A stretch of 64,000 bases of DNA from Nitrosopumilus sp. (lineage in GTDB: Archaea > Thermoproteota > Nitrososphaeria > Nitrososphaerales > Nitrosopumilaceae): NCBI GenBank assembly GCA_965218785.1, contig OZ244650.1:1312001-1376000 (forward strand). Direction: 5' to 3'. Under the pieces are notes generated by a model that saw nothing but the letters and a program-made list of their open reading frames with translations, did not search any database and had not been told where the DNA came from. Below are positions 1 through 25,704 of the stretch, one piece after another. Position numbers and translations under genes: made by a program. Each line of letters starts with the position of its first letter. The stretch's first letter is position 1.

Positions 1-48
1 ATTGTTGTACGGCTAAAATTTAAAATCCGATGAATTTCATGATATGGC

Positions 49-516
49 ATGATAAAAGCTGGAAAAAAGTCATTTCATACGGGTTTGGTCAAAAAAACAA
101 TCAAAATCAAGGCATCAAGGGACATGGTTTGGAGGAGGATCAGCGATATTGCAGGGTTGCCGGCATGGGTGACTGGTGTAAAAAAGACGGTTTATCTTTC
201 TAAAAAGAAGAGGAATGTGGGAGCAGTCAGACTAATCACGTTTGATGACGGGAATAAAATTGAGGAGCACGTCGTTGCATGGAAGGACAGGGAATACTTT
301 ACGTATATTGCAACTGAAGGCCTGCCGCTAAGGGCGTATGTGGCGACGATCTCAATCAAGGTAAAATCGAGAAATACCGTAGAGTTGACATGGCAGTCCT
401 ATCTTAACAGCAAAAAGATGTCTGAAAAACAGTTCCTGTTGTTTCTTGCATTCATGGGTTCGTTTTATGAGGCATCGCTTGAAAATCTCAGGGCGCTGCT
501 AGAAAAACATGGCTAG
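49..516 (+). CDS. SRPBCC/START-fold (polyketide cyclase/MxaD-like) protein
   Basis: 155 aa ORF; IKASRDMVW...GAVRLITFDDG..IEEHVVAW pattern and C-terminal 'ASLENLRALLE' helix typical of SRPBCC. Confidence 0.8.
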   Translation: MIKAGKKSFHTGLVKKTIKIKASRDMVWRRISDIAGLPAWVTGVKKTVYLSKKKRNVGAVRLITFDDGNKIEEHVVAWKDREYFTYIATEGLPLRAYVATISIKVKSRNTVELTWQSYLNSKKMSEKQFLLFLAFMGSFYEASLENLRALLEKHG

Positions 517-719
517 TTCCAAGTTCCGATTGTGATCTATTCTGAATAAAATTATGCCGTAAAATTGAGTTTCCCGGTATTATGATCTAAAGCAGTGGGC
601 CCCAGTCACCCAATGTACCACCAAAAACACAGTAGAACACCAACCCCGAATACTATGAAATGCCGGATTTAATTCATTGTGTGGGAGGATTTAAGATGTC
701 AAGTTCTCGGACTGTTAAT

Positions 720-1400
720 GCCACATACGAAGCAAATGTGGCAAACTTTTCTTATACATATGTAAAAACAGCATTTGTACAGAACAGGCAGTATCAGCAG
801 ATGCGGCAACAGTAGACCCGGTGTGGACTGATTCATCGAAGATCAGGGAAGTGGAATATGACATATGCTCAGAGTCAGATCGTATGAGCCGCAACATCGT
901 CCATGAGGCAGAGCGCAGTGGCATGATTTCAAAAAATCCGACCGTTGTAATTGGCAAGGCAGTATTTCCAAGGTACGGCAAAAAAATCAAGGAGATGATG
1001 GTCTGATAAAATACAAGTGCCAGGTACCGCTACAGGAGAGGCATACCTCACGGCAAAGATTGTAGATGATGATGTCACATTAAACATCGCTACATCCCAT
1101 AGACAGGGGGGTTTAACCCAATTCATGCGTGAAATTCTCAAAGAATTCAAGAGGCAGGATCAAACTCAGGCAGGTCTGCTTGACTGAGTTTCAGTCACGT
1201 CATGCAGATCCTGAAGCGGTAGATGGCGTTTCTGATGTATGTAGTAAAGAGCTCGAATAAAAATGGCGATATCTGAACACTGCAGGGTTTGGCAATTTCA
1301 TATCCAAATGTCATGAAAAATGTTGCAGGAGAATATTGATTCGAGCTGATCATCGTCGTGTCAAAACACGGTATAAGGGAGAGGATGTCACAAAAGAATA
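720..1400 (+). mobile_element. Degraded transposase, probably ISH3/IS4-like (frameshifts and stops)
   Basis: Fragments across frames: TVVIGKAVFPRYGKK / GTATGEAYLTAKIVDDDVTLNIA / FMREILKEF..GLLD / FLMYVVK, resembling archaeal ISH3-type transposases; boundaries approximate. Confidence 0.5.
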
Positions 1401-1612
1401 CGACAATAGGTCTGTATTTGCGACAAATCATCCATGTTGATTTTCGTGTTGGTGTATCAACATAGTCTACTATAATCTGATGACTTGGATGGATGGTCAG
1501 GAATTGTAAAGAATGCATGTTGTTAGGTAATAACTGCAAGTTATTTTTCTAAATCATCATCATGCTCCTGTCTTAATTAACTAAAATGAGGATCAGACCC
1601 CGCACTCTAATT

Positions 1613-2374
1613 TCACATTGATTCGGTAATTACTTTCAATACACGCTGTGAAATTTCATCAAATGGTGGCGGTTCAATGGATAAAAAGGGTTGTAAATCA
1701 TTTTTCCAATCTTGTTCTTTTTCAGACAGTCTATCTTTTAGTAAACTAATATCAAAATCAACATTATACACAGATTTGATTTTTTCATGAACCATACCTT
1801 GATTTATTTTTACACCTTGCTCATTTAGATACCAAATATCATATACATGTCGTGGATGTTTTGTATAGGTTAACGCCCTGATTTTTTCAGCCATAATTTC
1901 TTCCAACATCATTGTTGGGATTTCAAATTTATTTTGAAAATGATCATAAAAATGTAAAACAGGTTTAACAGGATGTTCCATCATAACATCATCACGCAAA
2001 CTCAAATCTACTTTGATACTAGCATGTTGTCCATTAAACATGTCATATTTGACCTTGAATTTGATACTTTTTGGTCTTTTCTCTAAATCATATATTTCAG
2101 TAAAAGTCATATCTAAATTTTTTATTTCATTTTTTATAAAATTTATAAATTCATCAGAAACATCATTAGAACATGTAAAATCAAGATCTTCAGAAAATCT
2201 AAATTCTTTATAATAGATTTTCTTTAATGCAGTCCCACCTTTGAAAACCATGGAATCAAGGCTAGGAAAACGTGAAATGACTGAAAGTAGACTAGTTAAC
2301 GCATAATCTTTTTCTAGTATTCCCAAAGCTACACGGTATTTGCCTGCAAGTTTTTTTAATGTACTTTCATTCAT
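1613..2374 (-). CDS. abiEii: AbiEii-family nucleotidyltransferase toxin (type IV TA)
   Basis: Motifs LEKDY, VFKGGTALKK, RFSEDLDF, EIMAEKIRAL, RHVYDIWYL. Confidence 0.92.
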   Translation of the reverse strand: MNESTLKKLAGKYRVALGILEKDYALTSLLSVISRFPSLDSMVFKGGTALKKIYYKEFRFSEDLDFTCSNDVSDEFINFIKNEIKNLDMTFTEIYDLEKRPKSIKFKVKYDMFNGQHASIKVDLSLRDDVMMEHPVKPVLHFYDHFQNKFEIPTMMLEEIMAEKIRALTYTKHPRHVYDIWYLNEQGVKINQGMVHEKIKSVYNVDFDISLLKDRLSEKEQDWKNDLQPFLSIEPPPFDEISQRVLKVITESM

Positions 2375-3204
2375 TAGTAATCTCTCCAGTTCAATAATTC
2401 AGATTTAGTTCTATTGATTATCAAACCATATTCTTTAGAATATTCAATCTTGTTTTTGGTGGCATCTGGATCTAAATAATGATATGGATACCGCTGTAAA
2501 TTATCTGCAATTAATTTTGAAATATCACCTTCTATTTCAAGAATGCTTAGAAAATACCCTAGTCTTCGTAAAACTACGTTGACCTTTACCTTTTCTGCCA
2601 ATTCTAAAACATCTGTCCAATTGAGATTTTTTCTGACATTCCACATGGCCTTGATTACTTCAGTTATTCCGCCACAATACTTTGGATACATTAATCCATC
2701 AACGATTGTTTTTTCTTTTGTAGAAATGTTGAATTTTGTTTTATTTGTCTTTTCTTCAACAAATCCAAAAAACTTTTTTTCTGCAAGGGTGATAAATTGG
2801 AATTTCTGATCTCCAAACTCCAAGCTACTTTTCTTTTTTTGTTTTCTAGTTGCTACAAAAACAGTGTATGGGATTTGCTCGGTCATATCCCAATAATTCA
2901 TCGCGGTCCAAAAACCAACATAATATTCATCAACTAGATGAGGAACTACAGCCCAGGGTTCTTCAGCCCAATGTCTATTGACACCTGCCTTATCTGGGAT
3001 CAGCAGATATTTTCCTTTCTCGATTCTTTGGAGTCGTCTTTTTCGTACTAAATTCATGAGAATGTTCATTGCTGAAGAATTTGTTGTTTGAAGTATTTCT
3101 TTGGCATCTTTAGCAGTAAATACAGAAGTGCTCTTCTCAGCCAAAGTGAGTAAAAGTTTAGCCTCGTTTGGGCCTGAGCTTATATTTTGTATAACCATAA
3201 TCAC
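2374..3204 (-). CDS. abiEi: AbiEi-family antitoxin/transcriptional regulator (type IV TA)
   Basis: N-terminal wHTH (LQRIEKGKYLL), YYVGFWTAMNYWDMTEQIP, EKTIVDGL, RRLGY; stop overlaps the toxin start. Confidence 0.9.
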   Translation of the reverse strand: MIMVIQNISSGPNEAKLLLTLAEKSTSVFTAKDAKEILQTTNSSAMNILMNLVRKRRLQRIEKGKYLLIPDKAGVNRHWAEEPWAVVPHLVDEYYVGFWTAMNYWDMTEQIPYTVFVATRKQKKKSSLEFGDQKFQFITLAEKKFFGFVEEKTNKTKFNISTKEKTIVDGLMYPKYCGGITEVIKAMWNVRKNLNWTDVLELAEKVKVNVVLRRLGYFLSILEIEGDISKLIADNLQRYPYHYLDPDATKNKIEYSKEYGLIINRTKSELLNWRDY

Positions 3205-3299
3205 ACTCTAGCTGATTATGGGCGTATTAAATATATATATTTCATATGATTATAAGTATGATGTCGCCTGATCTAAATTCCGGCCATGCCCTCCCCCCC

Positions 3300-3580
3300 C
3301 CCCCTCTGCGATGTTTTTTCCATGTGCCCTCCATCTGTACCATATCATGATTTGGATATCCTCCCCATTGACTGATCCCAGCGAATTTGTCCGCTTATCT
3401 TCCTGAATACGGCAGCATAACGGTGCGCGCTCATGCATTGTTTGTCGGATCCACCAGATACTGTAAAAACACAAACATGTTGGGGGTGAACCTGTCGAGT
3501 CTTTTTACCAATTTTACAATGTGCTCATCAGATACATTCTGGTATTTGTCCTGCATGCATAAATGTGGCCAGAGCACACT
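3300..3580 (-). mobile_element. IS66-family transposase C-terminal remnant (frameshifted)
   Basis: Minus strand reads KLVKRLDRFTPNMFVFLQYLVDPTNNA, then ERA.. and WRAHGKNIAE in another frame: the IS66 'PTNNxSERALR' motif broken by an indel. Confidence 0.7.
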
Positions 3581-3701
3581 CTTGCTTAGATCATAATACT
3601 GGGAAACTCAAATTTACGGCATAATTTTATTTAGAATAGATCACAATCGGAGCATTTGAGTTTGGATCAAAGTGTAAATACCATAAATCATGGAATAAGA
3701 C

Positions 3702-4037
3702 ATGAGTGATACGAGATTCATCATAATCGGTGCCGCGTTAATCTTTGCAGGCATTATTACTCTTGGAGCGTTTGGACACGAGTACCATGCAGCAACCATA
3801 GAGTCAGATGAATTTGGAACGTGCTTAAAGTATTCAGATGGGAAAGAGCCTGTTGCAGTTGACTGTTCATTTAAGATATTTAATCAGGTTGCCTTCTTTG
3901 CACTAGTTATAGGACTGGTCGCCGCAGGGGCAATCGCACTAGTAAAGGGTTCCAGGGGGGACTGGGACAGCAAGGTGGGACCGGAGGATATGGCAGGGCC
4001 TGGCAGAAGGGAAGAAGAGAGCTCAGAGAAGGACTGA
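3702..4037 (+). CDS. Hypothetical membrane protein (2 TM)
   Basis: 111 aa, two hydrophobic segments. Confidence 0.75.
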   Translation: MSDTRFIIIGAALIFAGIITLGAFGHEYHAATIESDEFGTCLKYSDGKEPVAVDCSFKIFNQVAFFALVIGLVAAGAIALVKGSRGDWDSKVGPEDMAGPGRREEESSEKD

Positions 4038-4601
4038 CATGTGTGTGTATGATGATCATCCATTTGCTTGCCTGAATGTTGGATTTGGCAGATTATTCAG
4101 AATTAGTAGTCCTAATCCGTCAATGTTGATTTCATCATCATTATTGGTTCTTCATAAATGAATCCTTTATGTTCTTCTTGGGTCTCTAATTCCAATTTTC
4201 TAAAAATCCTTTCTGTTTTCATCTTATTGCATGGCTAATTTAATATAACAATCTTTTTGCATGTTTGGATTCACCCTGGCACGTCTTTTAGACTCGATTC
4301 AAGTTATCTAATGAGATTGCAAGACAATGTACATTTAGAACAACGCCCATCCAAATACAAGTGTCTTCAAAATCAGGTTCATGACACCAACAAAAGATCT
4401 TTTTCAGGATTCAATGTCGTTTTAATGTTTATCAGAATACACACTTAAAATCAGAGTCATATTAAAAGTCTGAAGATGGTGATTGTACATCATACAGACA
4501 GGAATCCCATCACAGATCCTAGTCTCCAGGATAGATCCCAGACTGGTACCTGACGGCATACTGGTACGTTGATTATCTGATCAGTTGAACCAGACAGCCT
4601 G

Positions 4602-4778
4602 TTATCTGTTGAGAAATTCCTTAACTTTCCTGAGATTGGAAACATTTGACTCATGAAACAGGACCATGGATTCTGCCAAGGAGTTTGGCAGGATTGTTTT
4701 CATATTGGCCACCAGTTCATCGCCGCTAGTTATCATATCATCAATGAGTTTTTCGATCTCGTTTTTCTCCCCGTCCAT
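4602..4778 (-). CDS. Small hypothetical protein (58 aa; not in ORF track)
   Basis: Hand-translated: MDGEKNEIEKLIDDMITSGDELVGNMKTILPNSLAESMVLFHESNVSNLRKVKEFLNR; co-oriented just downstream of the Lrp gene. Confidence 0.7.
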   Translation of the reverse strand: MDGEKNEIEKLIDDMITSGDELVANMKTILPNSLAESMVLFHESNVSNLRKVKEFLNR

Positions 4779-4800
4779 CATGATCTGATAAGAGACGATC

Positions 4801-5034
4801 TTAATTATCCTTTTTTATGAGCGTGGCAGTGGAGCGGACCTTGTCGAGTTTCTGGATATTCCAAGAGATAATCTCCCGTATTTTTTCAAAGTTATCTGCC
4901 TGCAGTTTTACCAGCATATCATGGGTTCCAATCGTCTCAAAAACATCAGTCACCTGTTCGAGTTCCCTGAGTTTTGCAATGATGCCTTCTTCTGCACCCA
5001 GCTCACAGTTTAGCATGACATAAGCATCAGTCAT
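4801..5034 (-). CDS. Lrp/AsnC ligand-binding (RAM) domain protein
   Basis: AYVMLNCELGAE...TIGTHDMLVKL...VRSTATLI; start taken at MTDAY. Confidence 0.88.
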   Translation of the reverse strand: MTDAYVMLNCELGAEEGIIAKLRELEQVTDVFETIGTHDMLVKLQADNFEKIREIISWNIQKLDKVRSTATLIKKDN

Positions 5035-5087
5035 GAATTTACACGTAATCATGATTATTTAAATCTGGAGAATTTTATGCGTGCCAG

Positions 5088-5735
5088 CTACCAGGTCACA
5101 TGAACCAGATCTTTCAGGTTTCTTCTGGGTTTTGGAAATTTTGTTTGTTCCGGATAACCTATGCAGAGTACGGAGGATGGAACCAGATCCGTTCCAATGA
5201 CATCCATTACCTTTTGTTCATCAAACATGCCGATCCAAATCGAGCTTAATCCCAGCGCCTGGGCTGCAAGCTGGGAATAGCCGGCAGCCAGGGTAGCATC
5301 CTGAATGGCAAATTTTGTGAGGACGTATTCTGGAAAATCAAACTTGACCCTAGACGGGTTTTTACAAAAGACCAGTACGACCGGGGAATCAACATAAGGC
5401 TGGTTGTTGCATGCCTTGACCAAAAGCTTTTTCTTTTCTGGATTTTTGATATAAAAAATTTCAAACCCCTGATAGTTTCCCGCAGTAGGGGCAGTGTCTG
5501 CCGCTGCAATAATCTTGTCAATCTTTGTAGTTTCAACAGGTCTGTCTGAAAATTTTCTTGTAGAGCGTCTTTTTGCCATTACGGCAAACAAGTCAGTGTC
5601 AACAATTTCCGTGGGTCCGGATTTTAAGATAAAATCAAGCAGCTGGTTTCGCAGGTTGGGATCCGTTGAGTCGGGGGTCTCCTGCGGCTCATAGCCGCGC
5701 GGGTATATCTTCTCTCCGGCATTATTTGAATCCAT
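5088..5735 (-). CDS. Nitroreductase family protein
   Basis: RRSTRKF, APTAGNYQ, AAQALGLSSIWIG, LCIGYP, KPRR motifs. Confidence 0.9.
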   Translation of the reverse strand: MDSNNAGEKIYPRGYEPQETPDSTDPNLRNQLLDFILKSGPTEIVDTDLFAVMAKRRSTRKFSDRPVETTKIDKIIAAADTAPTAGNYQGFEIFYIKNPEKKKLLVKACNNQPYVDSPVVLVFCKNPSRVKFDFPEYVLTKFAIQDATLAAGYSQLAAQALGLSSIWIGMFDEQKVMDVIGTDLVPSSVLCIGYPEQTKFPKPRRNLKDLVHVTW

Positions 5736-6074
5736 AAAGTAACTACAACAATATCCTATTAAAGAATTGTAAGCCGATGCCCGGGGTTAGTTGACGTTGT
5801 TTTCACTACTGTAACAAACGGTGTTTTGCGAAATTCTATCCCAAAAACATCTGATCGCAAAATCACGGCTGTAGAGCTCATTAGATATCTATGAATTATA
5901 AAATGCGTGATGAAAATATGCCCAGTCATAAAAGTTCGTCAGTAATACCCCATGCCTTTGATCTTTTATTTAGTGAGTTGCCATTCAATTGCTACTAGTT
6001 GTTGATGGCAGTTGGGGTTGTTTGTAAATGATCATCTGTCTTGGATAATAGTCATATCCTACAAAAATGCGTGT

Positions 6075-22199
<16,125 letters not shown>

Positions 22200-22517
22200 T
22201 TACAGATCATCCCACCCTAACATTCTCTAGTATCAATGGATCTGATATAAATCGACAAATGCACATGTTATAAAATATAGAATGTTGCCACATATATCAA
22301 AATTATGGTTGACTGCTTTCTAGAAACCACCAAAATTATCCATCTGTCGATCAGTGAACAGTTGGATCAATCAAAATTAGCATTATTATTTAGCATCCAT
22401 GATAATAGTAAACATAGACATGATTTGATTCGTGCATCCATGCTAAAAATGTGGGTTCCGCTGTTTTTACACCCAGACTCAAAACACATGTTTTCTGTAC
22501 GCCATCATACGAGTTGT

Positions 22518-23066
22518 TTATTTATTGTTCTCGATGAATTCCTTTAATTCTGCATATGGCATGTTTTTTGTATTGTCATAATTTACCGCGATATCCCCTT
22601 CTACCTTGTACATGCCATGTAAACTGTTAATCGGGTAATAGTTATCCCCCCAGATCAAATCAAGATCCCTAGTCAGGTACATTACAGCAGAGTCACCCAC
22701 ATCGTATTGGAGGGCGTCCCATTTCATGGTGATGCCCTTGTCCGTACCCCCCAACATGATAACAGATATCACTTTATCTGAGCTTCCCTTTAGAACATCG
22801 GTAACCAGTATTTTGTATGTGGTAAGTACGGGAGGTACGGATGATTCGGGCCACACGTCATGTCTGGCTTCGGATTTTTTCTCAGTTATGGTTCCCTGAA
22901 TAATCAACCCAGCACGTTGTATTCGGTCTTCATGGGTGGATGCAGCATACGATGCGTTTCCATGTGTGGTAACCTCGTTAGCTGCATAATATCCTGACAG
23001 GCTCGCCACAGCAAATAAAAGAAATGCCAATGCCGCAAATATGCCGTACGTCCTTTTCCGCATCAA
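22518..23066 (-). CDS. Hypothetical secreted/membrane-anchored protein
   Basis: 182 aa, basic N-terminus plus hydrophobic helix; co-oriented upstream of the giant gene. Confidence 0.75.
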   Translation of the reverse strand: MMRKRTYGIFAALAFLLFAVASLSGYYAANEVTTHGNASYAASTHEDRIQRAGLIIQGTITEKKSEARHDVWPESSVPPVLTTYKILVTDVLKGSSDKVISVIMLGGTDKGITMKWDALQYDVGDSAVMYLTRDLDLIWGDNYYPINSLHGMYKVEGDIAVNYDNTKNMPYAELKEFIENNK

Positions 23067-23274
23067 TAAAACCCCGTGTATCTGGTATATGTCATGTTCG
23101 GATGAAATTTTGTTTTCCCCTTTTGATGGATCAAAAGATGACCTTACAGAAAAATATTAGTTGCCGCAGTAGAGCCATTTGATATATAGATGTCTTGGAT
23201 AATAATTCACAGATACAAATTCTAACAGATGGTTTTTTAAAATATCAAAAAGAGAAAAATTTTCAGGCATAAAT

Positions 23275-23475
23275 TTAACCAAAGTCCAGAAATGTATAAA
23301 AAACAATGCTAATTGCGCAAGAGGTTACTAAACAAAGATGTTTCACTGTGTGACTTGCACCAGTATCTATTTTCCATTTTTCTGGGAAAGAGCCTCCAAA
23401 TCCATTCCACACCGTCAGATCCAGGATCAAAGAACTGGGATTATCTACCGTGCTATGTTGAAATGTTAATGTCAA
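23275..23475 (-). pseudogene. Truncated retropepsin-like (clan AA) aspartic protease
   Basis: WKIDTGASHTV motif, ORF ends at 66 aa; ATGA overlap with the upstream gene. Confidence 0.6.
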
Positions 23476-24140
23476 TTAAATTCAGGAGTATCTATTACAA
23501 TAACTTTTTTTTGGTCTGTGACCTTATCTACATACATATCCACATTACCAAATTTATCATACATTTTTTCAATTAATGCATTTCTTTTATCTCCAATATC
23601 CTGAAATTCTCCATTAACAAATGCCACAAATTTATTTTTAAATTTGGGATTCTCCAAGTTGGTTTTTATAAAATCATCAAAGGCACTTTTATTTTTTACG
23701 TTTTCATTAAATGTTAGATCATCCTTTTCATTGGAAATTGGTCTAAATTCTGTAGCTGCTGTAAAACCATGAGTATGTGGATATCCAAATCTCGTAAGAA
23801 AGTTAGTCGTTAGAACGGCAGATACACTATCCAAATCCGTTTTATCATGAATTTTCTGAACAGTTTCTTTTAACACTTTCTTTTTATCTTCATCTAATTT
23901 TGAAGTGTTAATAAGTCCAAAAATTTTATCTGGATTACGTTTACCTACAATAAAATTGTAAAATATTGATACTAGTTCTGCAACCTCATCTATTTCAAAA
24001 TCGTCGTCTAAAATTCTCTCTAATTTATTTAAACTAGGATCTTTGTATAAAATACCATCATCAAAAAAATTACCAAATTCAATAATTTTTTCTTTTGGTA
24101 TTTTGGTAAAAATATCTAATTTAGACTGTGGATCAGACAT
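23472..24140 (-). CDS. Hypothetical protein with C-terminal DUF5678-like domain (possible deletion fusion)
   Basis: C-terminal FKNKFVAFVNGEFQDIGDKRNALIEKMYDKFGNVDMYVDKV; AT-rich. Confidence 0.6.
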   Translation of the reverse strand: MSDPQSKLDIFTKIPKEKIIEFGNFFDDGILYKDPSLNKLERILDDDFEIDEVAELVSIFYNFIVGKRNPDKIFGLINTSKLDEDKKKVLKETVQKIHDKTDLDSVSAVLTTNFLTRFGYPHTHGFTAATEFRPISNEKDDLTFNENVKNKSAFDDFIKTNLENPKFKNKFVAFVNGEFQDIGDKRNALIEKMYDKFGNVDMYVDKVTDQKKVIVIDTPEFN

Positions 24141-24272
24141 ATGTTTAGAGAATCAATAATTACTTTAATAGATTACTCTTTTTTTCATGGTTTCTATGGT
24201 ATGAAAAGTGGGTCCGCCCCGGATCCGAAGGACCGTAGAGGATTATTTTAGACTGCACAGATCACAAAAAAG

Positions 24273-24425
24273 CATGAAAAAAAGACAGACAGAAAAGTCC
24301 ATAGTATCTATCAGAAGACGTAAAAACGGAATAACATCCGCACAGATAGCAAAGAATCTTAGCATCACTGCCATACACATGCAAGGGCTGTGGGCACGGT
24401 TCAAGACGACAGGGACGGTCCATGT
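24273..24425 (+). mobile_element. Transposase N-terminal HTH remnant (IS481-like)
   Basis: IRRRKNGITSAQIAKNLSITAIHMQGLWARFKTTG; truncated at the direct repeat. Confidence 0.55.
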
Positions 24426-24511
24426 CAGAATACACTTTCAGTATTCCCAAACATCTTCATCTCCTGCAGTTCAGACCGTTGCACGCCTTTCTTGCAGTAC
24501 CACCTGTCATA
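24425..24511. repeat. Imperfect ~85-bp direct repeat, copy 1
   Basis: tcagaatacacttt..cccaaacatcttcatctcctgcagttcaga(c/g)cgttgcacgcctt..cttgcagtacc..gtcata recurs at about 25538-25625. Confidence 0.9.
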
Positions 24512-24734
24512 GTGGTGAGGGCTCTTCTAAATGAGAACACTTTGCATGTTTTTACACCGTCGTCCTCACTGATAAAATGTCTGGGGATACTGGTTGTATT
24601 TGCGGCAGTTCTGCCGTGTTGATTCTGGTGTTTATTGATTTCAGTGCTATTCTTGCCTTTTCCTGTGGGGATGAATTTGCTCTTTACCGTGTGTTTTACC
24701 CCCAACTTGCTCAAAAAGTGTTGTATCAGTGTTC

Positions 24735-25315
24735 TCATTCTAAAGGGGTTCCCGCCACTCTATCATCAAAAATTATTTTTATTATAGAATGTTCTAATAG
24801 CAGAATCTCTTTACCAATTATCTTTGGTTCTTTATCTTTTATTAATAATTGTGGATCACCTAAAGCCAAAGAACGGTTCTCATCATCCTTAACAGACATG
24901 CGTTTAATCCACCCATAGTATTTCTTTGTGTCAGAAGTATGTATGATAACAAAATGCCTAAATATTCATTAGCAAAAGTATCCCAAGGACTACTACGTAC
25001 ATAATTTTTACGTTTGGTATATTTAATAATGATTCCAATTATGGCAGAAAAAAGCATTGCACCGACATAAAGTAAAAATATAGAAACAAACGTAGAAGAT
25101 TGATCAGATTTAAAATCAAAAAGTAAAGATTCATAATCAAATAATTTATCACCAAATAATGGAATTACAAATACAAGACTGATGATTAAGCTTGATGCAA
25201 GTATAGTATAATTATCAAGCTTAAATTGCTGTATCGTTATATAAGCAAATAAACGGATTGCGAGAAATCCCGGTAGTACAAGTATAATTAATAACCAAAT
25301 TTCCTCAAAAGTCAA
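24735..25315 (-). pseudogene. DUF6338-like membrane protein, frameshifted near 24955
   Basis: TM N-terminus LVLPGFL...SPWDTF; continues in another frame as VIIHTSDTKKYYGWIKRMS...IIGKEILLLEHSIIKIIF..PLE*. Confidence 0.65.
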
Positions 25316-25435
25316 TCAATCATCATCGTCAATACTGGGAGGATTTGGTTTTCCTTTAGGAGCGTTTATTTGTACACTTTTTTCATGAAAGAGAGTTTTA
25401 AGTTGCTTTACTTCCTTATCTTTTTTATCTTCCAT
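25316..25435 (-). CDS. 39-aa peptide abutting the DUF6338-like gene (not in ORF track)
   Basis: MEDKKDKEVKQLKTLFHEKSVQINAPKGKPNPPSIDDDD; TGA immediately followed by the next TTG start; TATA-like sequence about 25 nt upstream. Confidence 0.6.
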   Translation of the reverse strand: MEDKKDKEVKQLKTLFHEKSVQINAPKGKPNPPSIDDDD

Positions 25436-25537
25436 AATGAGATGTTATAATATAGTTATTTATAGAATTTATGGCAACCAGTCAAGTCGACCCCTGTTCT
25501 CAAGCAGTTTTTCTGCCGTATTTAGCCCCCTGTCCAT

Positions 25538-25625
25538 TCAGAATACACTTTATCAGTAATCCCAAACATCTTCATCTCCTGCAGTTCAGAGCGTTGCACG
25601 CCTTCTTGCAGTACCGCCCGTCATA
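25538..25625. repeat. Imperfect ~85-bp direct repeat, copy 2
   Basis: Matches 24425-24511. Confidence 0.9.
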
Positions 25626-25704
25626 TAGATAAATAATTGAGCAGCAGGCAGTATTCTTTCATACAAAAGCATAAAATCAACACATTTCATTTTTTTTATA
25701 ACAG

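Noticed and set aside
3293-3304. Poly-C tract as a phase-variation switch
   Set aside because: It lies at the end of a dead IS66 fragment, not in a functional gene, and may be a sequencing artefact.
4080-4450. Possible decayed PIN-domain gene on the minus strand (FEDTCIW..)
   Set aside because: Only a short motif-like match amid many stops; cannot be supported.
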